From NCBI RefSeq assembly GCF_006345805.1, contig NC_042997.1, positions 2,108,001 through 2,172,000 of the forward strand: a stretch of DNA of 64,000 nt, read 5' to 3'. This document shows positions 14,119 to 27,049 of the stretch, one piece after another (the stretch's first letter is position 1; every line of letters begins with the position of its first letter). Position numbers and translations under genes: made by a program. The notes under the pieces are model-generated. The model saw only the letters and a list, made by a program, of their open reading frames with translations. It was not told the origin of the DNA and did no database searches. The stretch comes from Octopus sinensis. Its lineage: Eukaryota.

Positions 14119-14170
14119 TGAGCTGACGAAAGAAATGTCGATTTGACTAATCTAGAAACGTACGTTCTCA
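14119..14170 (+). ncRNA. Minimal type I hammerhead ribozyme motif
   Basis: TGAG (helix I)-CTGACGA-A-AGA.GTC(GATTT)GAC.TCT-A-GAAAC-GTAC-GTT-CTCA. Helix III is the palindrome AACGTACGTT; predicted cut after GUU at 14166. Confidence 0.7.
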
Positions 14171-14462
14171 AATAACCTTTGCATTTGATTTTTTAATGTT
14201 TTTTCCCCCATACCTTTGTGAGTTGGTTTGAGCAAACACTATCTGAGAGAGATCTTCTTTAAGTATTAGAAATAGCTAAAGAAATTTCTTTAGCTGCTAT
14301 TTCTAATGAGTTCAGTATGTGGCAAAGTAATTTATTTTACTAAGCCCTTATATATAATATATATATATATATATTCAAGTATATATGTATGGCATTGAGA
14401 TGTTCTGAGCTGTGTGTGTTTTTCTAGTTTGTGTTATAGTTATGTTCTATAATGCACACACA

Positions 14463-14500
<38 letters not shown>

Positions 14501-14606
14501 CACACACACTTCATCCAGGGATTCTCTCCAAAATTGAATGTTTGAAGGTAAAGCAGAGAATTTGCATTTTTTATTCGAAATGTGGCTAATCTCTACATAT
14601 ATTTAG

Positions 14607-14655
<49 letters not shown>

Positions 14656-14657
<2 letters not shown>

Positions 14658-15070
14658 TACTTGCCATGTCAATATGGCCAACCACTAATGGTGGGTGTCA
14701 CTCTAGCGTGTACCCCCAGGAGAACATCGTCTCTAGCTGGCTTTAGGCACACTTTCTGTGATCTTATGGTATTTGCAAAGGGAGGTCATCCCTCCCTCGT
14801 CAACCTAAGTGATACGCACGGACTGCAATTTCTAGGTACTGACCTGTCGTCGGCGTACGACAATCACCAGTTTTCGATGAAGGGTTGTCCCAATGCAAAT
14901 ACTTTTATCGTTTTTTGTCACTGACTTCGAAAAACTGTCTGCAAGCAATAATAAACATCTGAACGAGGTATAACCAGTAACTGCACGACAATGTGAGGTA
15001 TACTTGCCATCTCAATATGGCTAACCACTAAGGGTGGGTGTTACTGTAGCTTGTAGCCCCAGGAGAACAT
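14656..15070. repeat. 415-bp unit with 72-bp terminal direct repeats (14656-14727 / 14999-15070) embedded in (TA)n
   Basis: tatacttgccat.tcaatatggc.aaccacta..gtgggtg...ccccaggagaacat occurs twice, period 343 bp; the interior has hairpins GGGAGG/CCTCCC and GTCGT/ACGAC. Confidence 0.8.
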
Positions 15071-16149
15071 ATATATATATATATTATATATATATATATA
15101 TTATATATATATATATATATATTATATTGTGTGTGTGTGTGTGTGTATGTGCGTGCGTGTAGCATTGGTATGTCCTAGCTTTGCCTTTATATACGAGGTG
15201 TGTATGAAAAGTATTGAACCATCAAGTCCTTTGAGTCAGAAATCGTGTACCTTCAACAGAAGTCTTTTACTATGTTTTGTTGTTCTTGCAGCTCAAGAAT
15301 TTTCATACACCTCTCGTATATATATCTTTTTACCTTATTTTATATATTTATTTTAATTTCTTTCATACTTTTAAATATTATACTAATGTTCTTTTCATCA
15401 GAACTACATTTCATCACAAAAGTTCTCTCCAAAATTGAATTTTGTATTCTAAAAATAACTCAAAGAGGTTAAAAGAAAGAAAGAAGAAAAAAGAACGAAA
15501 GAGAAAAATTGTTGAAGAGGGAAAGAAAGCAAAAAACTTTCAATGATGACCATACCTTACCTGTTCTTTTTTGGGTTTTTTTTGAAGAGGTCACCCTAGT
15601 TAAACCCATCCCAATACAATAGTAAATGAATAAATGAATAAGTGAATGATGAATAGGAAGTGGTAAACCCCTTCTCTCACTCTCCTCCATCTCCATCTAT
15701 CTATCAATTTATCTATCTATCTATCAGCCTATCTACCTACCTATATTTCTATCTATATTGTTATGTAACTTCACCCCACAAAAAACCTCAAAGAACTAAA
15801 TGCTCTTTTTCTAAACAAAAGCTACAAAAACATCTGTTTTATATAAATGCAGAAGCAATTTGTAAATTTACAAAATTTTATTTTAACAAGTTCGAGAAAC
15901 GAAAGAAACTGCTAATAATAAGATATTTAAAATAATTTTTTCCCAAATTCTGGCAACTTTTGTCACAATATTCAATTTCAGTATACTACACCTAACACTA
16001 CACACATACACACACATATATATATATATATATAGAGACATGCCCATATCCACATATACACATGCGTATATGTATCTGTATAGGTATTTGTATACGTATA
16101 TATATGTATATATATACTTTATTTAAAGCAGCAGAAAATTCAACAAAAT

Positions 16150-16187
16150 CTGTTACTCTGAGTTTCTCGTTGCCGTTCATCAGACAG
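16150..16187 (-). ncRNA. Minimal type I hammerhead ribozyme motif
   Basis: Minus strand CTGT-CTGATGA-A-CG(GCAA)CG-A-GAAAC-TCAGA-GTA-ACAG; helix I extends with AAAA/TTTT; helix III ACTC-A-GAGT is an interrupted palindrome. Confidence 0.7.
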
Positions 16188-16788
16188 TTTTTGCTAGAAT
16201 GGAACCGATATATCAATTCAATCTAGACTCTTACAAACGCTACACCTTTAAAAAAAAATGGACTTGTTTGATTGGCCCTTTAGAAATAACGGTCAATCTT
16301 CGAGCGATAAACAAAAAAAGCTCAAAAATATATGCATATATATATAAAAAATTATAAAAATTATAAAATTCGAGGAAAAAACCTTACGTTGAATAAAATA
16401 CATATTGACGTTAATGAAGAAAATATAATTAATACGTCTGTATATGTATGGCGTTTGCACGCATCCTTCTGTGTATGTTGATATATATATGTACACTTTA
16501 ATATAAATATGTATTGCAGTGTAATATTTATAATAAGTTTTAATTTCTATGCATTAATTATATTTTCTTCATTAACGTCAATATGTATTTTATTCAATAT
16601 AAGGTTTTTTCCTCGAATTTTATAATTTAAATATATATATATACATATATTTTTGAGCTTTTTTTGTTTATCGCTCGAAGATTGACCGTTATTTCTAAAG
16701 GCCAATCAAACAAGTTCATTTTTTTAAAGGTGTAGCGTTTGTAAGAGTCTAGATTGAATTGATATATCGGTTCCATTCTATCAAAAAT

Positions 16789-16824
16789 TGTCTGATGAAC
16801 GGCAACGAGAAACTCAGAGTAACA
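16789..16824 (+). ncRNA. Minimal type I hammerhead ribozyme motif
   Basis: TGT-CTGATGA-A-CG(GCAA)CG-A-GAAAC-TCAGA-GTA-ACA; predicted cut after GUA at 16821. Confidence 0.65.
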
Positions 16825-16927
16825 CATTTTGTTGAATTTTCTGCTGCTTTAAATAAAGCATATTACTCTACCACTGGTATTTGAGTACTCTTTATTCCAC
16901 CTTGTTTCACATTTATGTGTTTACTCC

Positions 16928-16962
<35 letters not shown>

Positions 16963-17063
16963 CAGGGTGAATACTTGATAATTGTAAGCACCTGTATATG
17001 GCATTTAGTGGTGTAGGTGATAGAGTACATTTATCAAAATAAAAACACGATGCAAAGGATTTA

Positions 17064-17151
17064 GCGGTACATATGTTTCTGGCTTTTATTAGACGGTTTA
17101 TATCAATGCATAATTGATGTAATGTGTATGTCAATAGCCTTCTTCAGCCGC
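17064..17151 (-). ncRNA. Type I hammerhead motif with long helix II insertion
   Basis: Minus strand GCGG-CTGAAGA-A-GGC-TATT...AATA-aaa-GCC-A-GAAAC-ATAT-GTA-CCGC. Confidence 0.65.
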
Positions 17152-17423
17152 GTACAATTACTACTTCAAGGACATGTATTACATTATAAGTTTGGGAAAA
17201 AGACGATTTACGTTGGGGATGCAAGTCCTCATAGTCGTGTACAACAGAGCGAGGCACCAAAACAAAACCAAAGCGTCCATCCCATTTTTCACTCGATGTA
17301 GAATGTGGTTTTGTTTTGGTGCCTCGCTCTGTTGTACACGACTATGAGGACTGGCATTCCCAACGTAAATCGTCTTTTCCCAAACTTATAAGGTAATATA
17401 TGTCCTTGAAGTAGTAATTGTAC

Positions 17424-17511
17424 GCGGCTGAAGAAGGCAATTGGCATACAAATTACATCAATTATGCATTGATATAAACCGTCTAATAAACGCCAGAAAC
17501 ATATGTACCGC
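17424..17511 (+). ncRNA. Type I hammerhead motif with long helix II insertion
   Basis: GCGG(17424)-CTGAAGA-A-GGC-[~53 nt including ATCAAT/ATTGAT hairpin]-GCC-A-GAAAC-ATAT-GTA-CCGC(17511). Helix III palindrome ACATATGT; predicted cut after 17507. Confidence 0.65.
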
Positions 17512-17634
17512 TAAATCCTTTGCATCATGTTTTTATTTTGATAAATATATATATATATATATTATATATATATATATGTATGTATTCATACATACATATA
17601 TATACGCATAGATACCTACAAATATATATATATA

Positions 17635-18907
17635 TTTGGTCATCCTATAAATAATGTAGTTTTTTTTTTCATACTTATTAAATTTCTTAAAAATTAAAAT
17701 AAATAAAATTATTTTAATTCTTAAATATACTCTCCTTCATTTTCTACAATGGTCTGCCATATATCTGGAAGGTTTTAAAGGCCCCTCTTCCGAAATTCAC
17801 TTGTCCTTGATGAAAAACCCTCCTCCACTACCGCTGTGGCTTCGTCAACATATTCTTTCCCTTCAAATGATTTTGAAAACTGCAGAATAAATTATCATCA
17901 GATGGGGAAATGTCCGTCGAATATGGTGGATATGGTTTCGTTTCCAATTCAAGCTACGCCAACCTTTCGAATGTCATCTACACTGTATGTGGCCGAGCAT
18001 AATTCTGATGGAAGAACACCTTTCGTCTTGAGACCAAATATTGTTGTTTTTCTTCTATCACTAACATAACCCGCTCAAGGTAGTGCACTAGATCTCTTCT
18101 GTTATCGTTTAGTTTGTGCTTAGATATCAAAGTGGATTAAATCTTTCGTATTTCACAAAACAGATAACAACAACTTCCATGGGTGAAGACCTTTTTTTAG
18201 CCTGGGGTGCTGGTGTTTCTCACATTGTCTTCGGCGCTTGACATATTTATAGAGAACGCATTTCTCGTCACCAGTTACTATTCGGTCCAAAAATGGTTCA
18301 TTCGTGAGATGTTACAGCAAAGAGAAGCACAAATTCACTCTCTGCGTATGATTAGCATCGGAAAGTTTGTGAGGAATCAATCGACCCAATTTGCTGACTT
18401 TCTCGATAACATGCAGGTGTCTATATATGGTTGAAGGACGACATCCAAGCTTCTCTGCTAATTCCTCAACAGTTACGTTTGTATTTCCTCCCACTAGAGT
18501 TTGCGGGACCTCCTCGTTGAGCTCTACAGATCTTCCAGGACGAGGTTCGTCTTCTAGGCTGTGGTCTTCGGCTGGGAATTTCAGGAACTACCGTTGAGTC
18601 TGCCTTACGATTATTGTCCCATCCCTATGTACTGCATTACTATTTTTCGCACATTCCCTTGCGTTGTTGCCTTTATTGAAATCATAAAGCAAAATATGTT
18701 GAATATGCACCTTTGTCACTTCCAATGAAGACTTGGAAATATATCTTTTGAAAACGAACTTCACTCTTCAAACTTAGCACTAAGAATAAGTACAAGGTAA
18801 AATTACTACATGCTTTATAGCAAATTGATGCAGGTAGTTTATCCCGTCCCCTTCCGACTTTTATTTCTTGCAAGTGAAAAAACTGCATTAATTATGGGAT
18901 GACCCAA
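17635..18907 (-). mobile_element. Full-length decayed mariner transposon (~1.27 kb)
   Basis: ~30-bp TIRs (tttggtcatcctataaataatgtagttttt / aaaaaactgcattaattatgggatgacccaa) with TA on both sides. Minus-strand peptides NEPFLDRIVTGDEK, HQNYARPHT, HPPYSTDISPSD and an HTH region; frameshifts and stops. Confidence 0.92.
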
Positions 18908-20839
18908 TATTTATGCACACATAATACCCAGATATATATTTATTTATCATATAATTTACATTCCTTCACATTTGTCTACATGCACTTTGTATACTTACTT
19001 TTGAAATATAACTTAAATTTAGAATTTTCGCTTGTTCTTTTTTTTTATCTATACTTTTCTATTTATATTTATACTTGTTTACATCCGCAGTTGTTTTGTG
19101 TTGCACTCAACAAATAAGATGATCATTTAAATTCACTATTGAGTTTAATGATAAAAATATCTTACACTTTTATTTTATTATATCGCAAATAAATTTCTAC
19201 TTTTCACTTTTATTATCAGCATTTTACTTCTTATATTTGTGTATGAATGACTACACATTAAGCTACAAATTCTCTTTTGAACATTTATTTCATTTTGCAA
19301 TATATATGTTAATTATACATATTTTATTCATTCTTCTCAAACAAAACACACATACATAAATTCTTTCATGTATTCTTCTAGAAATACCGTGTATAAAATT
19401 TAAAATATAATGTCAGTATATTCCTTTACTTTACCCCATTTAATATGTTTTAGAAATCCTGTTGTTTTCAATTTTTTTCATATTTTTGCCCATTAGTTCT
19501 TCACAATTGTCATGTTTTAAATTATTGTAACCCATACATCCTGTCATTTCTAACATTTTATTTCACATTTTCAAATAAAAGATATATTTCTTTCTTTCAG
19601 ACTCCGATGATTATATTACTTTCATGTTTACACACATTTACGTTTTAAAATTTCCTTTCTATTTTCACAGTTTTTTTTTTTATTTCTCCATTAAAAAAAT
19701 CTGATCAGAAACATTTCATAACAGATGACAGTTGAAACATTACGGGATTATGTCGGATGTTTTGTAACAAACTTGGCAAAATTTTCAACTTTTTGCAGCT
19801 ACTCATTTTTCTCGAAAGATTGTATTCATATAATATCTAGAAAGACATTCATAATACATGCTCTGGCGAATATTCATTTATTCAAATCGGCGCCAACACT
19901 TCATAGCTGCTAGAAATAGTTAATCTGAGACTTATAGTAACTGCTAATAGAATATATATAGTTTCAAACATGGGATAGCCATGGGTATATATTTTCCCGT
20001 AAAACCTCCGCATTCTGGTCACATTAATGATTTTCTTCACATAACCCAGAAATAGACTTATACAGTTTAACTCTGTGTCTGGAGAGCGCTTTGGAGACTA
20101 CCATTCTTCCATTCTACATTTTATTCATATTTGTTAAAATCTGTAGGTTGATTTATGAGAGAATTTCACAGGGGTTTCGTGTAATTATGCAATGCCGTCA
20201 ACAATAGAGCAGTAGAGAAGAATAGAATATGCAAACAAATAAATATCCGATTGTAGTTAATTTTTATAAGAAAGTGGTCTCAGAAATTAAGCTACCGGAA
20301 TGCTTCATGATCCTGTATTTTCCTAATTTGGTTACAAGTATGTATGTATTTATGTATGTATGTATGTATGTATGTATGTATATATGCATGTATGTATGTA
20401 TATAGGTAGTTAGGTAGGTAGGTTGGTATGTCTATCTCTCTGTCTATCTATATGTTTGCATGTATTTGTGTATGGATCCAAATATTAAAGATCCGCTGCA
20501 ATAAGTGTGTGATTCCCAGACTGGAATGTCTTGAATGATATCACATAATTAACTCACCGTCCTCTATTTTCTTTTACCTAAATACAGGGACTTATCAGCA
20601 CCCCTCGTATAAAAATGCATACGTACAGACATTCAAAGCGACAAGTGGCGTATTTGGCGTGGGAGACTATTTATCCAAAATACGATGAATACTATCTCCA
20701 ACTTTGGAGCCACAACAATCATCCTTGTCAAATAACTGATTAATCTTCAGGTGAATTAATTGAGGGAGCCTTTCTATTCAAGATCGTAGGGATCTTTGAC
20801 TGAAACTTGAATTTAGCTTGCAGAGAGTTACTACAAAAC

Positions 20840-23200
20840 AAGATGGAGGAGCATAACATCGACAGCAACACAATCGAGGAAAAGAATGAAAACAACAGCT
20901 CAACAGGTAAGCAAAATCTTTCTAGCTGTATTTATAGAAGAAACCGGAAATACAAAACCCATTTTTCTTGAGTTATGAAATGAATAATGATCTATTTAAC
21001 TGCTACGAAAAAGCGAAACAAAACCACGTGGTTGGCTATATGAAACAGCTGAAATAACATTGGGATGATCTGTATCCAGAATTAAATCGTTTCACTGCGA
21101 AGCAACTACGCCAAGAAGCAACATTTGTAGAACATTGAAAGAAGGTTAGTAACTGCAACTTTATTAAGAAATCAAACTTAAAGATCTTACGAACTCTATA
21201 AACAAAAACGAAAATGTGAAAGACATAAGACCAACACGTGGTTTCGCAGTTAGCGACTTTCCAACAGATTCTATAGTGCCTGCCAGCCTAACTACATTAC
21301 TGGATCAAGTAACTGACCACTGTCCCCCTACTACGATTATGGTAAATAGCAGCACAACCACAACGATTATTGTACTACTAGTAGTAGTCAGGATTATATG
21401 CCAGTGAAATGTTACCTTACTGAGATTTTCCGAGGAAAAATGATTTTGCTTTTGAAGGACTCTTTCGAGGAGAGAGTGTTTTCTACCGAAGTAAGTAAAA
21501 AACCACCAGATACGTAATTAAAAGTTATTAACGTAATTGATGATGAGTATTTACAACAGTGTGATGAACCCATATACTGACAGATTAACGCCTGTATATG
21601 TGCTCTGGCTACTACTGTAAAACTACATAAATGATATTGAGAAAGTAAACAAAACAGAAATAATAAAGAAAATACCATCATGGGTTTTGAAGATAGAGAA
21701 AAAGATAACTGGTCTATGGAAGATCATCAGTGAGGTAATGATACTTATTACACGCAAAGAAGCAAATCACTATACGACCAACCAATAAAAAGTAAAGAAA
21801 GGGATAGAAATGATCTTTGGAGACAGCAAAAAGAAGACACTCACCTGCAAACTGATTACCCTCAAGTAGGAGCTAAATGCTGTCAGAGAAAAACTCTGAC
21901 ATTAAACCAAAAAATTAAGGCAACCAGGCAGCAATATACAGCGACATGAGAGGAGAATCAGTAAACATCACGGAAGCTTCTTCACGAGAAGACACAGTCA
22001 TCTTCTGGAGGAAAATCTGGAGTGAAGAGAAGGAATTTCACCAAGATGATCTGTGACTGGAAGAAATCCGAAAACAGTTATTGCTCCTGCATTACATCCA
22101 AGATATACAACAATGATGGTCAAACACTTGGAACTGTGATCCAGTAACTCCAAGATGGAAACACACATGGAAGAGACTTGATTATTGGATACTGATTCAA
22201 TAAGCTAACATTCCACCTACCATATTTTATCAATCTGTACCAGCAAACTTTTTCCTGGAATAGTAGTATATCACACTGATTAGCTCTGGCAGAGACAACA
22301 TTGATCCCCAAACGCAAAACCACCCACATGATAAAGAACTACCGGCCAGTTGCATGCTAGAACTTAATGTGTAAATATGTATATATAGCATGTTTAAACC
22401 TCTTCCTATAGGGCCATTATGAAACCAATAATATTATCACAGCAGAACAAGCAGCTGGGAAGAGGGGAGTCTGGGGATGTACCGAGCAATTGTTAATCAA
22501 CAAAATTCTGATGTCAGAGGTGTGAAAGCATAGGAGGAACCTAGATTCAATGTGGCTAGACTACAAGAATGCCTTTGACTCTGTTCTCCCCTCATGGATG
22601 CTAGACACATTTCAGCATGCCAATGTTCCATTGCGAATAATCAAAGCCATCGCTAACCTGATTTCATCGTGGGCCACCATCTTGAAATTAGACACAATTC
22701 GACACATTAGTAACTGTATTATCACTGATAGAATACAACATCGCAAACGAATATTCCAAGTAGGCAGCCTCTCTGTGATGTTGTTTATACTTCCCGTAAG
22801 CTGCTTGCCATTCATGTTAAGGAAGTCTGAAGGATATCTTATTGGTTCAGAAAGAAACAGAAATACCAAAGTTACACACTATTTCTTTGTGGATGACTTT
22901 TATGCAAAGAATATGCTGAGTTGAAAAAGAGCATTGACCTAGTTACATCATTCTTAACGGATGAAGGATTGGAGTTTGGTCTAGATAAATATTGTTTTAT
23001 TGTTGTGAAGAGGGAAAAACTCTAAACCAGACTAGTAACGTCTCCCTTAATGATTTGAATTTTTGCCCTGTACCTGATGAGAAATATTACAGGTATCTAG
23101 TCGCACCTGTAACAAAACTTGTGTTACTAAAGAATATTAAAGCCGAATAAAGAAAATTTAGATCTCAAAACTCAAAACTGTTAAAGTCTGTAAAACTTAC
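20840..23200 (+). mobile_element. R4/Dong-like (RLE-clade) LINE, decayed
   Basis: WLDYKNAFDSV, IFQVGSLSVMLF and HYFFVDD (ORF 22550-22924), GLEFGLDKYC downstream, GYMKQLK...W..LYPEL upstream. Confidence 0.85.
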
Positions 23201-23317
23201 CAGTTTCTCATTTAAATATATATGAGCATGTCTAGATATGCAACTGCATACATGAGAATACATACATAAAACATACAAATTTTGACATACTCACATATAA
23301 ATATATATATGTATATT

Positions 23318-24202
<885 letters not shown>

Positions 24203-25097
24203 TGTATATATATATATTGAAGTAACACGTACCGATACTCGAGTACGAAATAGAATCCATCAATGTAGTAGTATGGTATAACAAAATCGTTGCTCATTAG
24301 AACCTTTACAATTGACAAAATTAAATGGGGTAATTCTTACACAAGATGCCAATAAAATGTTTTGAAATGATAGGGCTCATATTTTGAGTAAGAGAAATAG
24401 TCACGACAGCGTATTTATTGATAATATAGTGTTGGTCTACTATTAATTAATTTCGAGAAAATCGGTTTTACTAAATTGAATTACATTTGAATATAAACTC
24501 AACAGAAACAGTCAGAGCTATGCATTTGATATATATCAGTATTTTTCATAAGAAATTCACACAGGATGGGAATGCAGGTTTTGGAGAATTTGCATACATT
24601 CGATTTCTTTGTAAGATGTCCATAATAAAATTATCTGAATTTGTGTATAATAAATCATATTTACACTATAATTATGAACGACAGCAAATAGATGAAGATT
24701 TATAACGGTAATTAGCATCATATAGCTCATTCTCCTTTATCTTGGCTCAAGGGAATAATTTCTCCCTATTCCTTTTCTATTGTAAGCATGAATGTCTATG
24801 GAGAAGGGAGGAACAGGCATCAAATCTGTAAAGGAACACATCTGAAGGGAATATGTATTGAAAAAGTTTTGGAACACTTGTGATGAATATAGGCGGTCTT
24901 ATTTTGAACTGTAAATTTGGAATAGTTAGACTTGTATATCAACTATTATAAAGCTAACAATGTGGTACAAAAAGAAAGTTTAGTGTGATTGTCTTCAAAG
25001 AGCTTCATGGTTTAGGTTCGCCTTTTTCCCTCATATGCATATACAATTACATTCATACAATGACATATACACGCATATACACTTAATATACGCACAC

Positions 25098-25199
<102 letters not shown>

Positions 25200-25585
25200 C
25201 ATTATGGCGATGGGCTCTTAGGAGCACAGTTCGATTTGTTTTTTGCTCCGCCTCTGTTCTGTTTTTGTTTTTCCAACGGATTTCCTTTTTTCTTCCTGAA
25301 GAGAAAGACACAATATGGTCTCATTATTCAATCGGATTTTGGTAATTTGTGCCTTTCGAAACACGTGTAGAATGAAATAAAACGATTTCTGTTCAATCTG
25401 CGTTCAGCTCCATTTCTTCAATTCACCAATAATGTTTTAATTTCAATTATCCGCACCAACGCACGGTTGCAACGCCAGATGGTTGTACCTCCAACCGTGC
25501 TGTTTACTGCTGTGATTTTTGCTACTAAGGTATCGGTTAAACTTTTGATTAATCTACTACAAGATTATTCATCTTTCTATTTCAC

Positions 25586-25627
<42 letters not shown>

Positions 25628-26099
25628 AGGCATAACCACCGAGGTGAATTCTTAATATACTGGAAGGAGACGCTAAATCGTCTTGTCACGAAGAATGTGT
25701 TCTCAAGAATTTTCAGCGAACGCCAGAATGTAAAAAGAGCAAGACAAATGAAAATATGCAACATTTGGCAATAAGGTCCATATCTAGGTTTCGACATTAA
25801 CATTCACAAATGTAAATGACCGTGGTTCTTAACTGAAGAACTGTGGACATTTACATTATATATATATATCTTACTTGCAAAAGAATGCGTGGCGTTCGAT
25901 CATATAATATAGATAATATATAAATATATAAATATATACATACATATATGTACATACCTACATCTATATGCATATTTATATGCATATATGGGTACATGAC
26001 ATAAAAAGAACGTTGACTACAATGAGAAACGAAATCATAAAAGCAAAAACATGGAAACTCTGCCACATTGGTTGATGTGTAGACGGAAAGTGCAAGAGA

Positions 26100-27040
26100 A
26101 GGATTGATAATGGCGATACTGTATGCTGATGATCTTATTCTGATGAGTGAGACGATGGAGGGACTGAGGGAGAAGGTTTGGAAATGGAAGGAGGTGTTTG
26201 AAATTCAAGGTTTTGAAGATAAACCTGGGAAGGCAAAGGTGATGGTGATCGAGATGGAAGGTGAAGCGTCATTGAGTAAGATGGATCCATGTAGTATATG
26301 TGGGAGGAGAGTAATGGTAAATGTGGTGTTTTGTACGAGATGTGAGAAATGGATTCATGATACATATACGAAAATGAAGAAGGTGACACCAAGACTGGCG
26401 AGAGATTTTTATGTGGAGAATGTGAGAAAGGAGCTTGAGGTATGGCAGAACCAGTGGAAACGCTATGTGACGACATGGAAACGGTATTAGGGTTTTGTTA
26501 TTTGGGAGACAGTAGTGGATGCAAAGCAGCTGTTACAGCAAGAGCGTGAATTGGCTGGGTGAAGTTCAGGGAATGTGGAACATTGTCATATGGGAATAGG
26601 TTCTCATTAAAGATGAAAGGAAGGGTCTATAAGAGATGTGTGGGAGCTGCAATGCTGAATGGGAGTAAGACACATTGTCTTAGGGAGAGAGATGATCATT
26701 TTGAGAAGGACTAATATGACAACAGTGAGAGAAATGTATGGGGTGAAGCTGTTTTATGAGAGGAGAATGAGTATTTGCTGGGAACACTGGTGTTGGAGGA
26801 ATCGGTGGAATGGGTGGTAAGAGCAAATGAAGTGATATGGTTTGGTCATGTGATGGGGAAGGATTAAAAGCATGTTCTGAGGAGGAGGATTGCGTTTGAG
26901 GTAAATAGAGCGCGAAAGCGAGGTAGACCGAGGAAAAGTTGGAGGGGACAGGTGGAGGAAGTTGAAATGATTGGTTTGAAAATGAGGACACCCCACACCG
27001 GGCAAGATGGTGATATGGTGCGAGGGCGGTTGCTACGGCA
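26100..27040 (+). mobile_element. RTE-clade LINE 3' fragment
   Basis: LYADDLILMSET, Cys-rich DPCSICG...CTRCEKWIH, FCYLGD, WFGHVM and RKRGRPRKSW motifs with frameshifts. Confidence 0.9.
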
Positions 27041-27049
27041 TTGGATTCT

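Larger units (their letters stand above)
13315..14358. mobile_element. Fold-back 1: inverted repeat (13413-13770 / 14002-14358) plus 130-bp direct repeat (13315-13444 / 13873-14002), PLE-like
   Basis: Arms of ~357 bp are near-perfect reverse complements; the direct copies differ at one position that I could see; flanked by (TA)n. Confidence 0.9.
16117..16858. mobile_element. Fold-back 2: inverted arms 16117-16433 / 16553-16858, HHR in each arm
   Basis: Arms of ~310 bp are reverse complements around a 119-bp spacer. Confidence 0.9.
17029..17546. mobile_element. Fold-back 3: inverted arms 17029-17270 / 17306-17546 with 35-bp spacer, HHR in each arm
   Basis: Arms of ~240 bp are reverse complements with scattered mismatches. 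Confidence 0.92.

Noticed and set aside
13315-17546. Repeat arrays as CRISPR or prokaryotic systems
   Set aside because: No repeat-spacer periodicity, no cas-like ORFs, and the context is clearly eukaryotic.
25290-25850. cctgaaga at ~25295 and a minus-strand GAAAC-CTAG near 25785 as possible hammerheads
   Set aside because: Each lacks the other half of the core.
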